A stretch of 55,352 bases of DNA from a virus (Duplodnaviria; Caudoviricetes). Each line of letters opens with the position of its first letter. The stretch's first letter is position 1. The stretch covers positions 1 to 55,352 of the IMG/VR virus record IMGVR_UViG_3300037467_002425; one strand, written 5' to 3'. Of the stretch, positions 46,039-54,926 are shown piece by piece. The notes below the pieces were generated by a model, which saw nothing but the letters and a program-made list of their open reading frames with translations, searched no databases and was not told the DNA's origin. Position numbers and translations under genes: made by a program.

Positions 46039-46162
46039 ACAGGGGTTACAATCCTCATGCCTGAGTTTATAACTGGTTGCTCACCTACACCGTCAACATG
46101 CCAATGGAGCGGATGCCTGTCTCACTCGTTTCCGGGGTATCAGCCCGGTGGTTATTCCCTGT
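46039..46162 (-). ncRNA. Candidate structured RNA element B (multi-branch)
   Basis: Closing ACAGGG/CCCTGT with inner hairpins CCGGG/CCCGG, GAGTG/CGCTC, GGT/ACC and GTTATAA..CTCA-GGCA-TGAG..TTGTAAC. Confidence 0.55.
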
Positions 46163-46202
46163 ATTGTTTTAGCTGTCTTTCCAGCTTGTCATTGCAATAT
46201 CG

Positions 46203-46301
46203 TTTACACAAAAACTATCAAATTACCCGCTAAAATAATTCTTGCCAAGTTAGCGCCTGACTGACTACCGATTACTCGCGTTTGCCACGCCCTTGTGTAA
46301 A
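46203..46301 (-). ncRNA. Candidate structured RNA element A (multi-branch)
   Basis: Closing TTTACACAAG/TTTGTGTAAA with inner GCGT/ACGC, CGA-GTAA-TCG and CGCTAA/TTAGCG. Confidence 0.5.
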
Positions 46302-46307
46302 ACTTCT

Positions 46308-46505
46308 TTATAGTATATCTCCTGCCAAACTCGCCTGGTAATCTTCCCAGTAGCCGTTTTGCTTTAACCAGTCTTGCATAGCAAGTTCGGTTAATTGAGA
46401 AATTTTAATCTTCCTGTCATCATACACCTTACCCTGTACAAATTGTATCATTGGCAGCGGCCAGGTTACCGTGACGGAAAATCGTGATTTTTGTTTTTGT
46501 GCCAT
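46308..46505 (-). CDS. Ribbon-helix-helix-like regulator
   Basis: FSVTVTW alternating beta strand, helix, KISQLTELAMQDWL; first gene after the promoter. Confidence 0.6.
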   Translation of the reverse strand: MAQKQKSRFSVTVTWPLPMIQFVQGKVYDDRKIKISQLTELAMQDWLKQNGYWEDYQASLAGDIL

Positions 46506-46525
46506 TGTTTCTTAAATTCAATATC

Positions 46526-46585
46526 CAAAGGTAATATTTTATTTTTATTATATGCAAGAAAAATAAAAAATATTTTTTACTTTTG
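46526..46585. promoter_or_regulatory. Divergent promoter pair
   Basis: TACCTTTG on minus (46526-46533) and TACTTTTG on plus (46578-46585, 5 nt before ATG 46591). Confidence 0.6.
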
Positions 46586-46590
46586 TTTTG

Positions 46591-46827
46591 ATGAAAGCAT
46601 TTGATTGGCTTTGGTTCCGTTTTTACGATATACTGTTTTATCTTGACAGCGAAGAACCTCCTATTGTTCAATGGCTTGTTGATGATTTTAAAAAAGAATG
46701 TTATTTCAATAATATCTATACAGACGATGAAATTTGGTTTATAATCTTACGTAAATTCGATAAATGGTTTGATGAATTTATGTGGTTAGAGCAACTGGAA
46801 ATTAATAAAAGAAATGGAAAAACTTGA
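46591..46827 (+). CDS. Hypothetical aromatic-rich protein
   Basis: 78 aa ORF from ATG 46591. Confidence 0.55.
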   Translation: MKAFDWLWFRFYDILFYLDSEEPPIVQWLVDDFKKECYFNNIYTDDEIWFIILRKFDKWFDEFMWLEQLEINKRNGKT

Positions 46828-46984
46828 ATACTTACAATCGCAAAAACTGATCTACGAAGCGCAGATCAAAGCCCTGGACAAAATGCGGGTAGCCTCTGCC
46901 TTTGAGTGGATGATCGCTTTAAAAGCGGGCCTCGCTGAGATCGAACGGCAAATTGATGAACTTGAAAATTCCGATATATTATGA
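46814..46984 (+). CDS. Small helical protein (56 aa) ending in DIL
   Basis: Manual ORF MEKLEYLQSQKLIYEAQIKALDKMRVASAFEWMIALKAGLAEIERQIDELENSDIL; ATGA-coupled to the HNH gene. Confidence 0.7.
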   Translation: MEKLEYLQSQKLIYEAQIKALDKMRVASAFEWMIALKAGLAEIERQIDELENSDIL

Positions 46985-47421
46985 GTATGATAAGACTTCT
47001 TAAAGGTATCAAAGTTAATTTTGAAACAGAATGTTGGGAATGGCAGGGTGCAATTCGGTCTAAAAATTCTGGGTATGGTTGCATTGATATAGGGGGTAAA
47101 GTAAATGGTATTTTATGGAATGTTCATAGATATTCTTATACCATTTTTAAAGGTGAAATACCTAAAGGCCTTTTAGTGCTTCATAAATGTGATAATAAAA
47201 TTTGCTGTAACCCAAATCATTTATTCTTAGGTACTCAAAAAGATAATATTCGTGATATGGATAATAAAAAACGTAGAGGAAGGTATGCGGAGCATGGTAA
47301 ATCTTTTTCTATGTATAATAAAAATAAATGTCGTTGTGAATTGTGCAAAAGTTTTATGAAATCTTATTGGTTAAAAAGATCAATAATTTTGAAGCAAAGA
47401 AAGGCTGAAAATGCTTCATAG
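46981..47421 (+). CDS. HNH endonuclease (paralog of 38666..39151)
   Basis: CWEWQG, VHRYSY, LHKCDNKICCNPNHLFLGT, HG..SMY...CRC.LC. Confidence 0.9.
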   Translation: MSMIRLLKGIKVNFETECWEWQGAIRSKNSGYGCIDIGGKVNGILWNVHRYSYTIFKGEIPKGLLVLHKCDNKICCNPNHLFLGTQKDNIRDMDNKKRRGRYAEHGKSFSMYNKNKCRCELCKSFMKSYWLKRSIILKQRKAENAS

Positions 47422-49579
47422 TTTATCATTGGATTTAGAAGATTTCAGCCCGGTTGATATTAAGTACGGCGTACATAAACGCGCTGAGTCCGGTGAGATT
47501 ATTTTGCTGGCTTATTCTCTTGATTACTCGCCTGTTGAAGTTATCGATCTTACTAGTGAAGAAATGCCCGAATGGTTATTTTATGCACTTACTGATCCGG
47601 AATATATTAAAAAAGCGTTCAATGCCCCGTATGAACGGAATTACCTGAACATTACTCTCGGTATTTACTCACCTCCTGAACAGTGGGAATGTACCCAGGC
47701 CCGTGCAGCCATGTGCGGCTTACCTTTAAGCCTGGATGACGCCAGTAAAGCATTAGGATTGATCGAAAAGAAAGACCCGATAGGTAAATCGCTTATCCGT
47801 TATTTCTGTATGCCTTGTAAACCTACAGCGGCTAATGGATATCGTACCCGGAATTTACCTGAACATGACCCGGAGAAATGGGAACAATTCATTGAATATA
47901 ACCGTCAGGATGTTGTGGTCGAACAGAATGTTGATAAAGCCTGCCAGTGGTATAAAATACCTGCGGTAGAACATCATATCTGGTGTCTGAACGAACGGAA
48001 GAACGAACGCGGGGTAATGGTAGATATGCAGCTCATTGATTCCGCGATCATTATTAATAAAGAGTTCCGGGAAGAACTGATCGAGGAAGCTACTGAGCTC
48101 TCCGGGCTATCAAACGTCAACTCCCCCAAACAGCTGAAAGAATGGCTATCAGCTGAAATGGAGGAAGAAGTCACTACATTAAATAAACTTGCTGTACGGC
48201 AAATGCTGATCAATGAAGAAGATCCTGCGGTACGACGTATCCTTCAGATCAGGCAGCTAATGTCCAAATCCAGTATTACTAAATACCTGGCGCTAAAATA
48301 CGGCGCGTGTGAGGATTTACGTGTCCGGGGTATGATACAATACTACGGTGCAAACAGAACAGGCAGAGAAGCCGGCAGAGGCCCGCAGCCCCAAAATTTC
48401 CCGCGTATCGATGAGGACTTTGCAAAACTTCTGGACGATACTCGCGAACTGGTGCGCGAACGGGATACGGAAAGCCTGCACATGGTCTTTCCGAACTTGT
48501 CAAATATACTATCACAATTGTTACGGCCAACATTTGTCGCTGCACCTGGTAAAGAGTTTATTGTGCTTGACTTCTCATCGATTGAGTCACTTGCAAGTGC
48601 TTGTTTAGCCGGGGAGCAGTGGCGTATTGACTTTTTTAAAGAAGGCGGTGATATTTATAAAGCCTCAGGTTCGATGATGTTCCATAAGCCGATCGAGCAG
48701 ATCACTAAAGATGATCGGCAAAAATCGAAGGTGTCGGAGCTACTTTTCCAGTATGGCGGCGGTGAAAAAGCCATGGAACGAAACAACGATACAATTGAGG
48801 ATCCGAAAAAGCGTATTCCCATAGCGGAGATTCCAGGACTTGTCAAGACTTGGCGAAAAGCAAACCCCGCGATTGTACAAATGTGGTGGGATATGGACGC
48901 GGCCGCGAAATTGGCAATCAATACAGGACAATTGGTACCCGTTAAAAACGGTGTGGCTTTTGGTATGAAGAACGGCAATTTATTAATGAAACTACCATCC
49001 AGCAGATGCCTGGTTTACCAGAAAGCATTCCTGCAGAAATTTTATATCGCCAAAGTGCCTGTTGTTGATGATAAACTCATGCCGAAAATTCACTTTGACG
49101 AAGAAAACAACCCATACGTAAAATTCCTGTCAGTAAAGATCGGCAAGGTTCAGAAAGACACGCCTGAAGAATATCAGTATTTACTCAAAAGAGCCGGACT
49201 TGCTTATGATACCAGTAGGTTTAATGAATACCTGCGAGAGTTCGGACTTACTTATGAAAAGCCGAAACCCGGTAAACGCGAGACAGTATGTTTCTGGGGA
49301 ATGGATGGTATCTGGAAAGTCATTGAGACATATGGGCCGAAAACTTTTGAGAATTTAGTTCAGGCAGCGTGTAGGGATTTATTAATGAACTCTATTATAA
49401 ATATTGAAAAAGCCGGATATCCGATTGTTTTATCGGTTCATGATGAGGTAGTAATCGAAATTCCTAAAGATAGTGTTTCTTTTGATAAAGTAAAGGAAAT
49501 CATGTTACAACTACCGGACTGGGCTTCCTGGTGGCCGGTTCGGGCAGATGGGTTTATCGGTGATTATTATATGAAATAG
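47411..49579 (+). CDS. polA: Family A DNA polymerase (SPO2-like) with 3'-5' exonuclease
   Basis: LDLE and AFNA.YER exonuclease motifs; YYGANRTGR; motif A DFSSIE; motif B RQKSKVSELLFQYG; motif C VHDE. Confidence 0.93.
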   Translation: MLHSLSLDLEDFSPVDIKYGVHKRAESGEIILLAYSLDYSPVEVIDLTSEEMPEWLFYALTDPEYIKKAFNAPYERNYLNITLGIYSPPEQWECTQARAAMCGLPLSLDDASKALGLIEKKDPIGKSLIRYFCMPCKPTAANGYRTRNLPEHDPEKWEQFIEYNRQDVVVEQNVDKACQWYKIPAVEHHIWCLNERKNERGVMVDMQLIDSAIIINKEFREELIEEATELSGLSNVNSPKQLKEWLSAEMEEEVTTLNKLAVRQMLINEEDPAVRRILQIRQLMSKSSITKYLALKYGACEDLRVRGMIQYYGANRTGREAGRGPQPQNFPRIDEDFAKLLDDTRELVRERDTESLHMVFPNLSNILSQLLRPTFVAAPGKEFIVLDFSSIESLASACLAGEQWRIDFFKEGGDIYKASGSMMFHKPIEQITKDDRQKSKVSELLFQYGGGEKAMERNNDTIEDPKKRIPIAEIPGLVKTWRKANPAIVQMWWDMDAAAKLAINTGQLVPVKNGVAFGMKNGNLLMKLPSSRCLVYQKAFLQKFYIAKVPVVDDKLMPKIHFDEENNPYVKFLSVKIGKVQKDTPEEYQYLLKRAGLAYDTSRFNEYLREFGLTYEKPKPGKRETVCFWGMDGIWKVIETYGPKTFENLVQAACRDLLMNSIINIEKAGYPIVLSVHDEVVIEIPKDSVSFDKVKEIMLQLPDWASWWPVRADGFIGDYYMK

Positions 49580-50003
49580 AATTATCAAAAATTACTATCA
49601 TCGAAGGGAATGGTGCCGGTTGTTTACTACTGCCAAATTTTAATCGCCCTTTAATAAACCGGATTTCGTATTTTTTATAACAATACTGATGAAACCAAGG
49701 CGTATCTGTTCTTGAAGGTACCAGCATTACCACTATAGTATTTGGTTTTAAAGCTTCTTCATAACATTTTTTAACCCAAATTTTAGTAGTATTTTTACCG
49801 TAAGGTGGGTTACAAAAAACCGTTTCACCAGACCAGTCTTGTTTTAATCCATCATCTTCAGGTGTAAAATAATTAAAGCATTTTGTAGAACTAACAAGAC
49901 AGCAGGGATCAAGTGTAAAATTAAATTCTTTATTTAACTCATCAAATAACCAATCCGGCGTTTCCCAGGTATCTATTTCAGTACTATAAACCTTACCATT
50001 CAT
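49554..50003 (-). CDS. Phage N6-adenine DNA methyltransferase (Dam-like)
   Basis: WETP, FTLDPC, DGLKQDW, FCNPPY, LVPSRTDT.WF, GRLKF, APFPS. Confidence 0.92.
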   Translation of the reverse strand: MNGKVYSTEIDTWETPDWLFDELNKEFNFTLDPCCLVSSTKCFNYFTPEDDGLKQDWSGETVFCNPPYGKNTTKIWVKKCYEEALKPNTIVVMLVPSRTDTPWFHQYCYKKYEIRFIKGRLKFGSSKQPAPFPSMIVIFDNSISYNNHR

Positions 50004-51361
50004 AAATATCGTTTTAAAGCGTTCATAAGCTTCTCTTGTGTCTCATGTTTCCCCGCCAATCTCTCAATTACCAACTGCTCTATACTATCTTTTACAACAA
50101 AATATTTCACGATAGTTGGTTTAGTTTTACCTTGACGGTCAATCCTGCCTAACATTTGGGTCATTACCTCTAAATCCCAATTTAACCCATAAAAGTATAA
50201 ATGATTTCCTCCTTGTTGTAAATTAATGCCATAAGCCAGAGATTGTATCTGCGCGCAGGCTACCGGTATCTTGCCAGCGTTCCAGTCATCAATATCCTGG
50301 TCGGTTGATACTTTTTTGACGCCTGGGATGGCTTTGAGCATGCGCTCATAATCCGAAGTGAACTGATAAGCAATAAATACCGGATCTCCGTCCAGTGCTT
50401 CTACATCTTCCGCCAATGCTTCCAATTTGGAGTTGTCCACAACTTCATACGATCCATCGCCGCGATACACAGCACCATTGCAGTACTGCAGCAGTTTGGA
50501 GTACATGGATGCCGCATTAACTGGCGTAAGATTGAAGTCATTGCTGAGCTGTAGTACTTCGGTTTCTTTGAACTCTTTGTACCGCTCATAGCTTTGTAGT
50601 TCAACTTCCTCGTAAATATCAATCCGTGGCGGAAGGTCCAGATAATCGGCTGTTTTCATACTCAGGCAAATGTCCGAGATTTTAGCAAACATCTTTTCCT
50701 CAGCATCTTTACGTGGTATCCAGTTAAATATGATATGCCCCTGTCTTGCGCCAGGAAGAAAGTATTCATCTTTAAACCCTCCGAATGTCGGCCCGAGGCG
50801 TTGGCCTTTATCCAAAAGATAGACCTGCGCCCAAAGTCCTAAAAGCTGGTTGGGTGCCGGTGTGCCGGTTAGCCCGATTACCCTGCGGCAATACGGTAAT
50901 ATTCTTTTGATCGCTTTGAAACGTTGTGCTGATGGATTTTTAAAATTGCTGAGCTCATCTAGGATGATTGCATCAAACGGCCATTTGCCTTTGTTCTTAC
51001 CAATATAAAAAACTAACCAGGCGATCATATCCCGCGAGACAGCATAAATATCAGCTTTAGTGTAAAGTGCTTGTATGCGCTGCTTTTCGGTACCGTTGAT
51101 CACGGATATTTTCAAATGCCGGGTGTGGTCCCATTTTTTGATCTCTGAAGGCCAAGTGTGTGATATTACCCGTTTTGGCCCTATGATCAATGGCTTATCA
51201 ACACCTAATGTACCAAGTAGCCATTCAATAGCAGTTAACGTCATAATACTTTTCCCGAGACCTACCTGGGCAAAGAGAGCTGCGTAAGGATTATCTAATA
51301 AGTGTTGTGTACCTTTTTCCTGGTACAAGTGAGGCTTGTAGATCAAAGAATATCCTCCCAC
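50000..51361 (-). CDS. SNF2-like SF2 helicase
   Basis: GLGKS, IILDELS, GLTGTP, GINLQ.GG, Q..GRIDRQG. Confidence 0.92.
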   Translation of the reverse strand: MGGYSLIYKPHLYQEKGTQHLLDNPYAALFAQVGLGKSIMTLTAIEWLLGTLGVDKPLIIGPKRVISHTWPSEIKKWDHTRHLKISVINGTEKQRIQALYTKADIYAVSRDMIAWLVFYIGKNKGKWPFDAIILDELSNFKNPSAQRFKAIKRILPYCRRVIGLTGTPAPNQLLGLWAQVYLLDKGQRLGPTFGGFKDEYFLPGARQGHIIFNWIPRKDAEEKMFAKISDICLSMKTADYLDLPPRIDIYEEVELQSYERYKEFKETEVLQLSNDFNLTPVNAASMYSKLLQYCNGAVYRGDGSYEVVDNSKLEALAEDVEALDGDPVFIAYQFTSDYERMLKAIPGVKKVSTDQDIDDWNAGKIPVACAQIQSLAYGINLQQGGNHLYFYGLNWDLEVMTQMLGRIDRQGKTKPTIVKYFVVKDSIEQLVIERLAGKHETQEKLMNALKRYL

Positions 51362-52365
51362 AATAAAGGTTCAAATAAATGAACGATGGTGTCTACGTTC
51401 CAGCCATTGCCGAGCATTTTATAAGCCTGTGTATCATTAACTGAGGACGTATAACCTTCGCAAACGCCTTGTAATTTTTCTGCTTCAACAGTATAAAGCA
51501 TTCTGATAGAATCACCATCCTGGATATGAATTGTTTCTCTCGCGCCCTTAATTACAGTTGAACATAAAGATTTTGCTTTTTTATTTATGGCATCTGGGAA
51601 CTTCATTATACCCATTCTATTACCAGATTTCCAAACTTTGCCGGCGTATTTAATTTTAGCTCTTTCTACTTCAGCCGCAGTTAAAAATACCATCGTTCTT
51701 TGACCATGATTATCAACACCCTTATAATAATTGGCGTCTAAACACATTGCTTTTTCAGAACGCTCAAAATATTCTTCACGATTTTTTATAATACCAATTC
51801 CTTCAGTTATTAAAATATCCTTTAATAACAATCCTTTATCATTTGGCAAATCAGCCAAAGCAATGTTTGTCCAATATAACCTTTTTCTGGTTTGTGCACT
51901 TAGAATAGCGCTATTTATAAAAATCGGCTCAATACCTAAAGCTTTGCTGATCACTGCCTGGTATTCCTTCTTCATCACCACGTTTTCTAGGAACACTTTT
52001 ACGTCCGGATGTTCGACTTTTATTTCTTCATAGATGCGGACGAACTCAAAGAACAGCTTGCTGCGCGGATCCTCAAAGTTCAATTGTTTGCCTGCAAATG
52101 AAAAACCCTGGCACGGACTGCCTCCGCAGATCAAACCTTTAGCAAAACTGACCTCATACTGCCCGAACTCCGTGTACAGAACACCTTCAAAGTAATGTAC
52201 TTTGGTAACATCGCCGATATGAATAATATTGGGCCAATTCGCCTTACTTACCTGTATAGCATATTTATCGATCTCGCTGGCAAAGTATCTCTCAACAGGT
52301 ATTCCTACGCGTTTTAGCGCGATCATTGCACAACTACATCCGTCAAAGAGACTTAATACATTCAT
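51343..52365 (-). CDS. C5-cytosine DNA methyltransferase
   Basis: LSLFDG, SEID, GGSPCQGFS, LENV, Q.RKRLYW, LGNGW. Confidence 0.93.
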   Translation of the reverse strand: MNVLSLFDGCSCAMIALKRVGIPVERYFASEIDKYAIQVSKANWPNIIHIGDVTKVHYFEGVLYTEFGQYEVSFAKGLICGGSPCQGFSFAGKQLNFEDPRSKLFFEFVRIYEEIKVEHPDVKVFLENVVMKKEYQAVISKALGIEPIFINSAILSAQTRKRLYWTNIALADLPNDKGLLLKDILITEGIGIIKNREEYFERSEKAMCLDANYYKGVDNHGQRTMVFLTAAEVERAKIKYAGKVWKSGNRMGIMKFPDAINKKAKSLCSTVIKGARETIHIQDGDSIRMLYTVEAEKLQGVCEGYTSSVNDTQAYKMLGNGWNVDTIVHLFEPLLWEDIL

Positions 52366-52612
52366 CTATATTTTCCTGATTAATTACCCAAACCTCAAAT
52401 CCAAGCCCTTTCAGCACACGAATAACAGCTTCCTGCCTCACTGATAGTTTTCCGCGACCGTATTTAAACTCCGCAAAAAATAATCGTCCTCCGGGTAACA
52501 GAATCAGTCTGTCGGGCAAACCAGTGAACGAGACCGCGACCAGCTTGATCGCTAAACCGCCGCGAGACTTGACCGCCAGCCGAAACCGTTGCTCAGTTTG
52601 TTTCTCCGGCAT
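52343..52612 (-). CDS. VRR-NUC nuclease
   Basis: E...E, GLPDR, FAEFK...GKLS..Q. Confidence 0.9.
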   Translation of the reverse strand: MPEKQTEQRFRLAVKSRGGLAIKLVAVSFTGLPDRLILLPGGRLFFAEFKYGRGKLSVRQEAVIRVLKGLGFEVWVINQENIDECIKSL

Positions 52613-52822
52613 CTACAAATTAATTACTGTTACCAAATCGTCGCATTTTTCATATGGGGCGTTTTTAGGCAACGGATAAGTATTTGTACCCGGTAGTGGT
52701 AAATACCAAAAATTATTATGTAGTGAAACAAACAAATAACTGTTTTTATTTTCACCCGCATATAAACCGCTCACGTCTTTTTGACCGTCCAAAAAATAAC
52801 GTTTTCCTATTTTTAATTTCAT
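52613..52822 (-). CDS. Hypothetical protein
   Basis: 69 aa coupled ORF. Confidence 0.6.
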   Translation of the reverse strand: MKLKIGKRYFLDGQKDVSGLYAGENKNSYLFVSLHNNFWYLPLPGTNTYPLPKNAPYEKCDDLVTVINL

Positions 52823-53373
52823 AATATATCGGTTACATCATATTTATCTCCAAAACGTTTCAGGAACAAGGCCTGGTTGCAGATATCCTGTCCTTGCTCA
52901 TTTCTGAACATCCAGTTCTTCGGCGCCAGGCAAGTCGTTTCAAGTCCCAGGCGATCACCCGCCACACAACAAGCCTCATCTAAACCTGTCTGGCCCCCAT
53001 TTCTTAATTCAATTTCTTCCCCATACATTTCAAAAATAACTACCCGTAAAAAATCGGTCATATAATCATTGATCTGATCCTGAGTGATACCAAACTTCTT
53101 TAAAGTGTATATACCGTTACCTGCGATATTTAAAGTTTTTACCTTTTGTTTATATAGAAGCTCGGCCACACCTTGTTTCATTATTGACGGTGCTTTAGGT
53201 GTAAAAAATTGTAAAGACATTCCGTGATATTTCCCGTATGCCGCTTTCCTGGTCAATACTTCTCCCGGTGTAGTGAAGTCAACGGAAAAAGCAATTGTGA
53301 GGTCACTGAGCCGGGCGTTATCCCAGGTACGCATGGCATAACCTGTTTGCTCATGTTCGATAAACTTTATCAT
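52819..53373 (-). CDS. SLOG superfamily protein (YpsA/cpYpsA-like, permuted)
   Basis: Y..RT..N...SD.TIAF, PGE.LT, LNIAGN, GGQTGLDEA. Confidence 0.75.
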   Translation of the reverse strand: MIKFIEHEQTGYAMRTWDNARLSDLTIAFSVDFTTPGEVLTRKAAYGKYHGMSLQFFTPKAPSIMKQGVAELLYKQKVKTLNIAGNGIYTLKKFGITQDQINDYMTDFLRVVIFEMYGEEIELRNGGQTGLDEACCVAGDRLGLETTCLAPKNWMFRNEQGQDICNQALFLKRFGDKYDVTDIL

Positions 53374-53720
53374 ATAAAAAGCTTATTTTTAAAACTAAAG
53401 CCTTTAAAATGTTCATATGACAAAAGTGCTGGTTCAAGCCATCCTACATCTACTGTCAATCCAGTAGGCGAAAATTTAATAATCGGAAGCTTATCATTAT
53501 GTACAAAATTTTTCCTGTATTCTTCATAATCAAAACCTAAGGCTTCTGTGCTATTGGTTATACCTGCAGGGTTCATACGTTTAGCAGGTAAATTAATGCA
53601 AACTGTTAAACCAAACTGACCAACTATCGCTTCAGCGTCACCCAATATTAATCCTAGTTCCACTACATTAGGATAGTGCTCAACTAATACTTTATAACCT
53701 TCTTCTGATTTCATAACCAA
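53370..53720 (-). CDS. Hypothetical protein
   Basis: 116 aa coupled ORF. Confidence 0.6.
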   Translation of the reverse strand: MVMKSEEGYKVLVEHYPNVVELGLILGDAEAIVGQFGLTVCINLPAKRMNPAGITNSTEALGFDYEEYRKNFVHNDKLPIIKFSPTGLTVDVGWLEPALLSYEHFKGFSFKNKLFI

Positions 53721-53811
53721 TATGCTTTACTTATACTACTTTCTTTACAAATCGAACAGGTGCAACTCTCCATACAGATCGGGTCGTCGATGCTTTCGTA
53801 ATACGCATAGA

Positions 53812-54054
53812 TCAATTCCCCCTGCGCGCCTGAGTGGTCAAATGCGCCCACTGGCGATATGTATTCCATTGGATGATCTTATCACTCGCTGTTCCATAAA
53901 TAACGTCACCACGATTTCCTCCTTTAACCTCGTACGTTTCGCCTCGAACAGTAAAAGAACAGATTACACTATCTCCAATTTTAAACTCATCAGGAAATAT
54001 AATCCTTCCTTCACACTCAAAACTTTCACCGTCTATTGTTACAATATATTTCAT
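53812..54054 (-). CDS. Hypothetical protein
   Basis: 80 aa ORF in the operon. Confidence 0.55.
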   Translation of the reverse strand: MKYIVTIDGESFECEGRIIFPDEFKIGDSVICSFTVRGETYEVKGGNRGDVIYGTASDKIIQWNTYRQWAHLTTQARRGN

Positions 54055-54055
54055 A

Positions 54056-54271
54056 TCAATTAAGTATTATCATTGCGTGACACTTCGGATTGTACAATGT
54101 TTCAGAGGCGGTACAATAAACCGGTGAAAGAGTAAACCAGAAAATAGCAGTAGTTTTCAAATTTGCTTTGCGAAAGTTTATCCACTCCCGAGATGTTCCA
54201 AACTGCTGATCAAACCGTAGGTTATGACAGAAAACACTACCTACAATCGGTTCTTCAATTACTAACTTCAT
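54056..54271 (-). CDS. Hypothetical protein
   Basis: 71 aa ORF in the operon. Confidence 0.5.
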   Translation of the reverse strand: MKLVIEEPIVGSVFCHNLRFDQQFGTSREWINFRKANLKTTAIFWFTLSPVYCTASETLYNPKCHAMIILN

Positions 54272-54509
54272 AAAAATCGTCCTCTTGAATTACCCAATAA
54301 CTTTCTTCATTCACGACAAAAGCGGTTTGATGATATAAATCTTCCAGCACAAAATAATGTGTTCCAACAAATACAATTTTACCGGGACTTCCGATATTTT
54401 CTAAAGTACCGGCACCGTGTAGATATGCATCTGCGGTTACTAAACCGACTTTTGGTATAAAATTAATCATTGATATATTTCTCCGTAAATAATGAAGTTT
54501 GAAGATCAA
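54255..54509 (-). CDS. Hypothetical protein (start probably further downstream)
   Basis: ORF in the operon; an internal ATG near 54470 is more plausible. Confidence 0.5.
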   Translation of the reverse strand: MIFKLHYLRRNISMINFIPKVGLVTADAYLHGAGTLENIGSPGKIVFVGTHYFVLEDLYHQTAFVVNEESYWVIQEDDFYEVSN

Positions 54510-54792
54510 TTATACTGAGCGTGAAAAACCGGCTATAATCCTGTTGGATTAATTCTTCGATCTTTCGTTCGAAAAAATGAAGTGCTTCATTTTTATCATT
54601 GAATAAAGCTATTCTTTCAGCCAAAGTAATTTTATCCGATTTGTCCTTGTTCAATAGTACTAAATATCTGAACGAGTACTCGATACTTTTATAGAGATCA
54701 GAACTTTCGTTGTAAGTCTCTACAGCGTTTAAAATATGTTCATCGCATGAAGCACATTTTATACTTGCTAATAATTGTTCTTCTTTTGTCAT
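54463..54792 (-). CDS. Hypothetical protein
   Basis: 109 aa ORF, ATGA-coupled. Confidence 0.6.
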   Translation of the reverse strand: MTKEEQLLASIKCASCDEHILNAVETYNESSDLYKSIEYSFRYLVLLNKDKSDKITLAERIALFNDKNEALHFFERKIEELIQQDYSRFFTLSIIDLQTSLFTEKYIND

Positions 54793-54926
54793 CGCGTTAA
54801 CCTTTCCATCGGCTTAGTGCCGGTTAATTTATTGACCTGCTGGTTGACATAAGCCATCCATTTATTGTAATCCCTGCCTGTATAGCCTTTCGGGGTAACT
54901 GGCTGCTGTGTAAATGTCCGTTTCAT
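54789..54926 (-). CDS. Hypothetical protein (45 aa)
   Basis: Manual ORF MKRTFTQQPVTPKGYTGRDYNKWMAYVNQQV...; coupled on both sides. Confidence 0.55.
   Translation of the reverse strand: MKRTFTQQPVTPKGYTGRDYNKWMAYVNQQVNKLTGTKPMERLTR

Noticed and set aside
46039-46301. tRNA or hammerhead ribozyme
   Set aside because: There is no cloverleaf with a TTC loop, and CTGATAC..GAAA does not match the CUGANGA core with the required stems.
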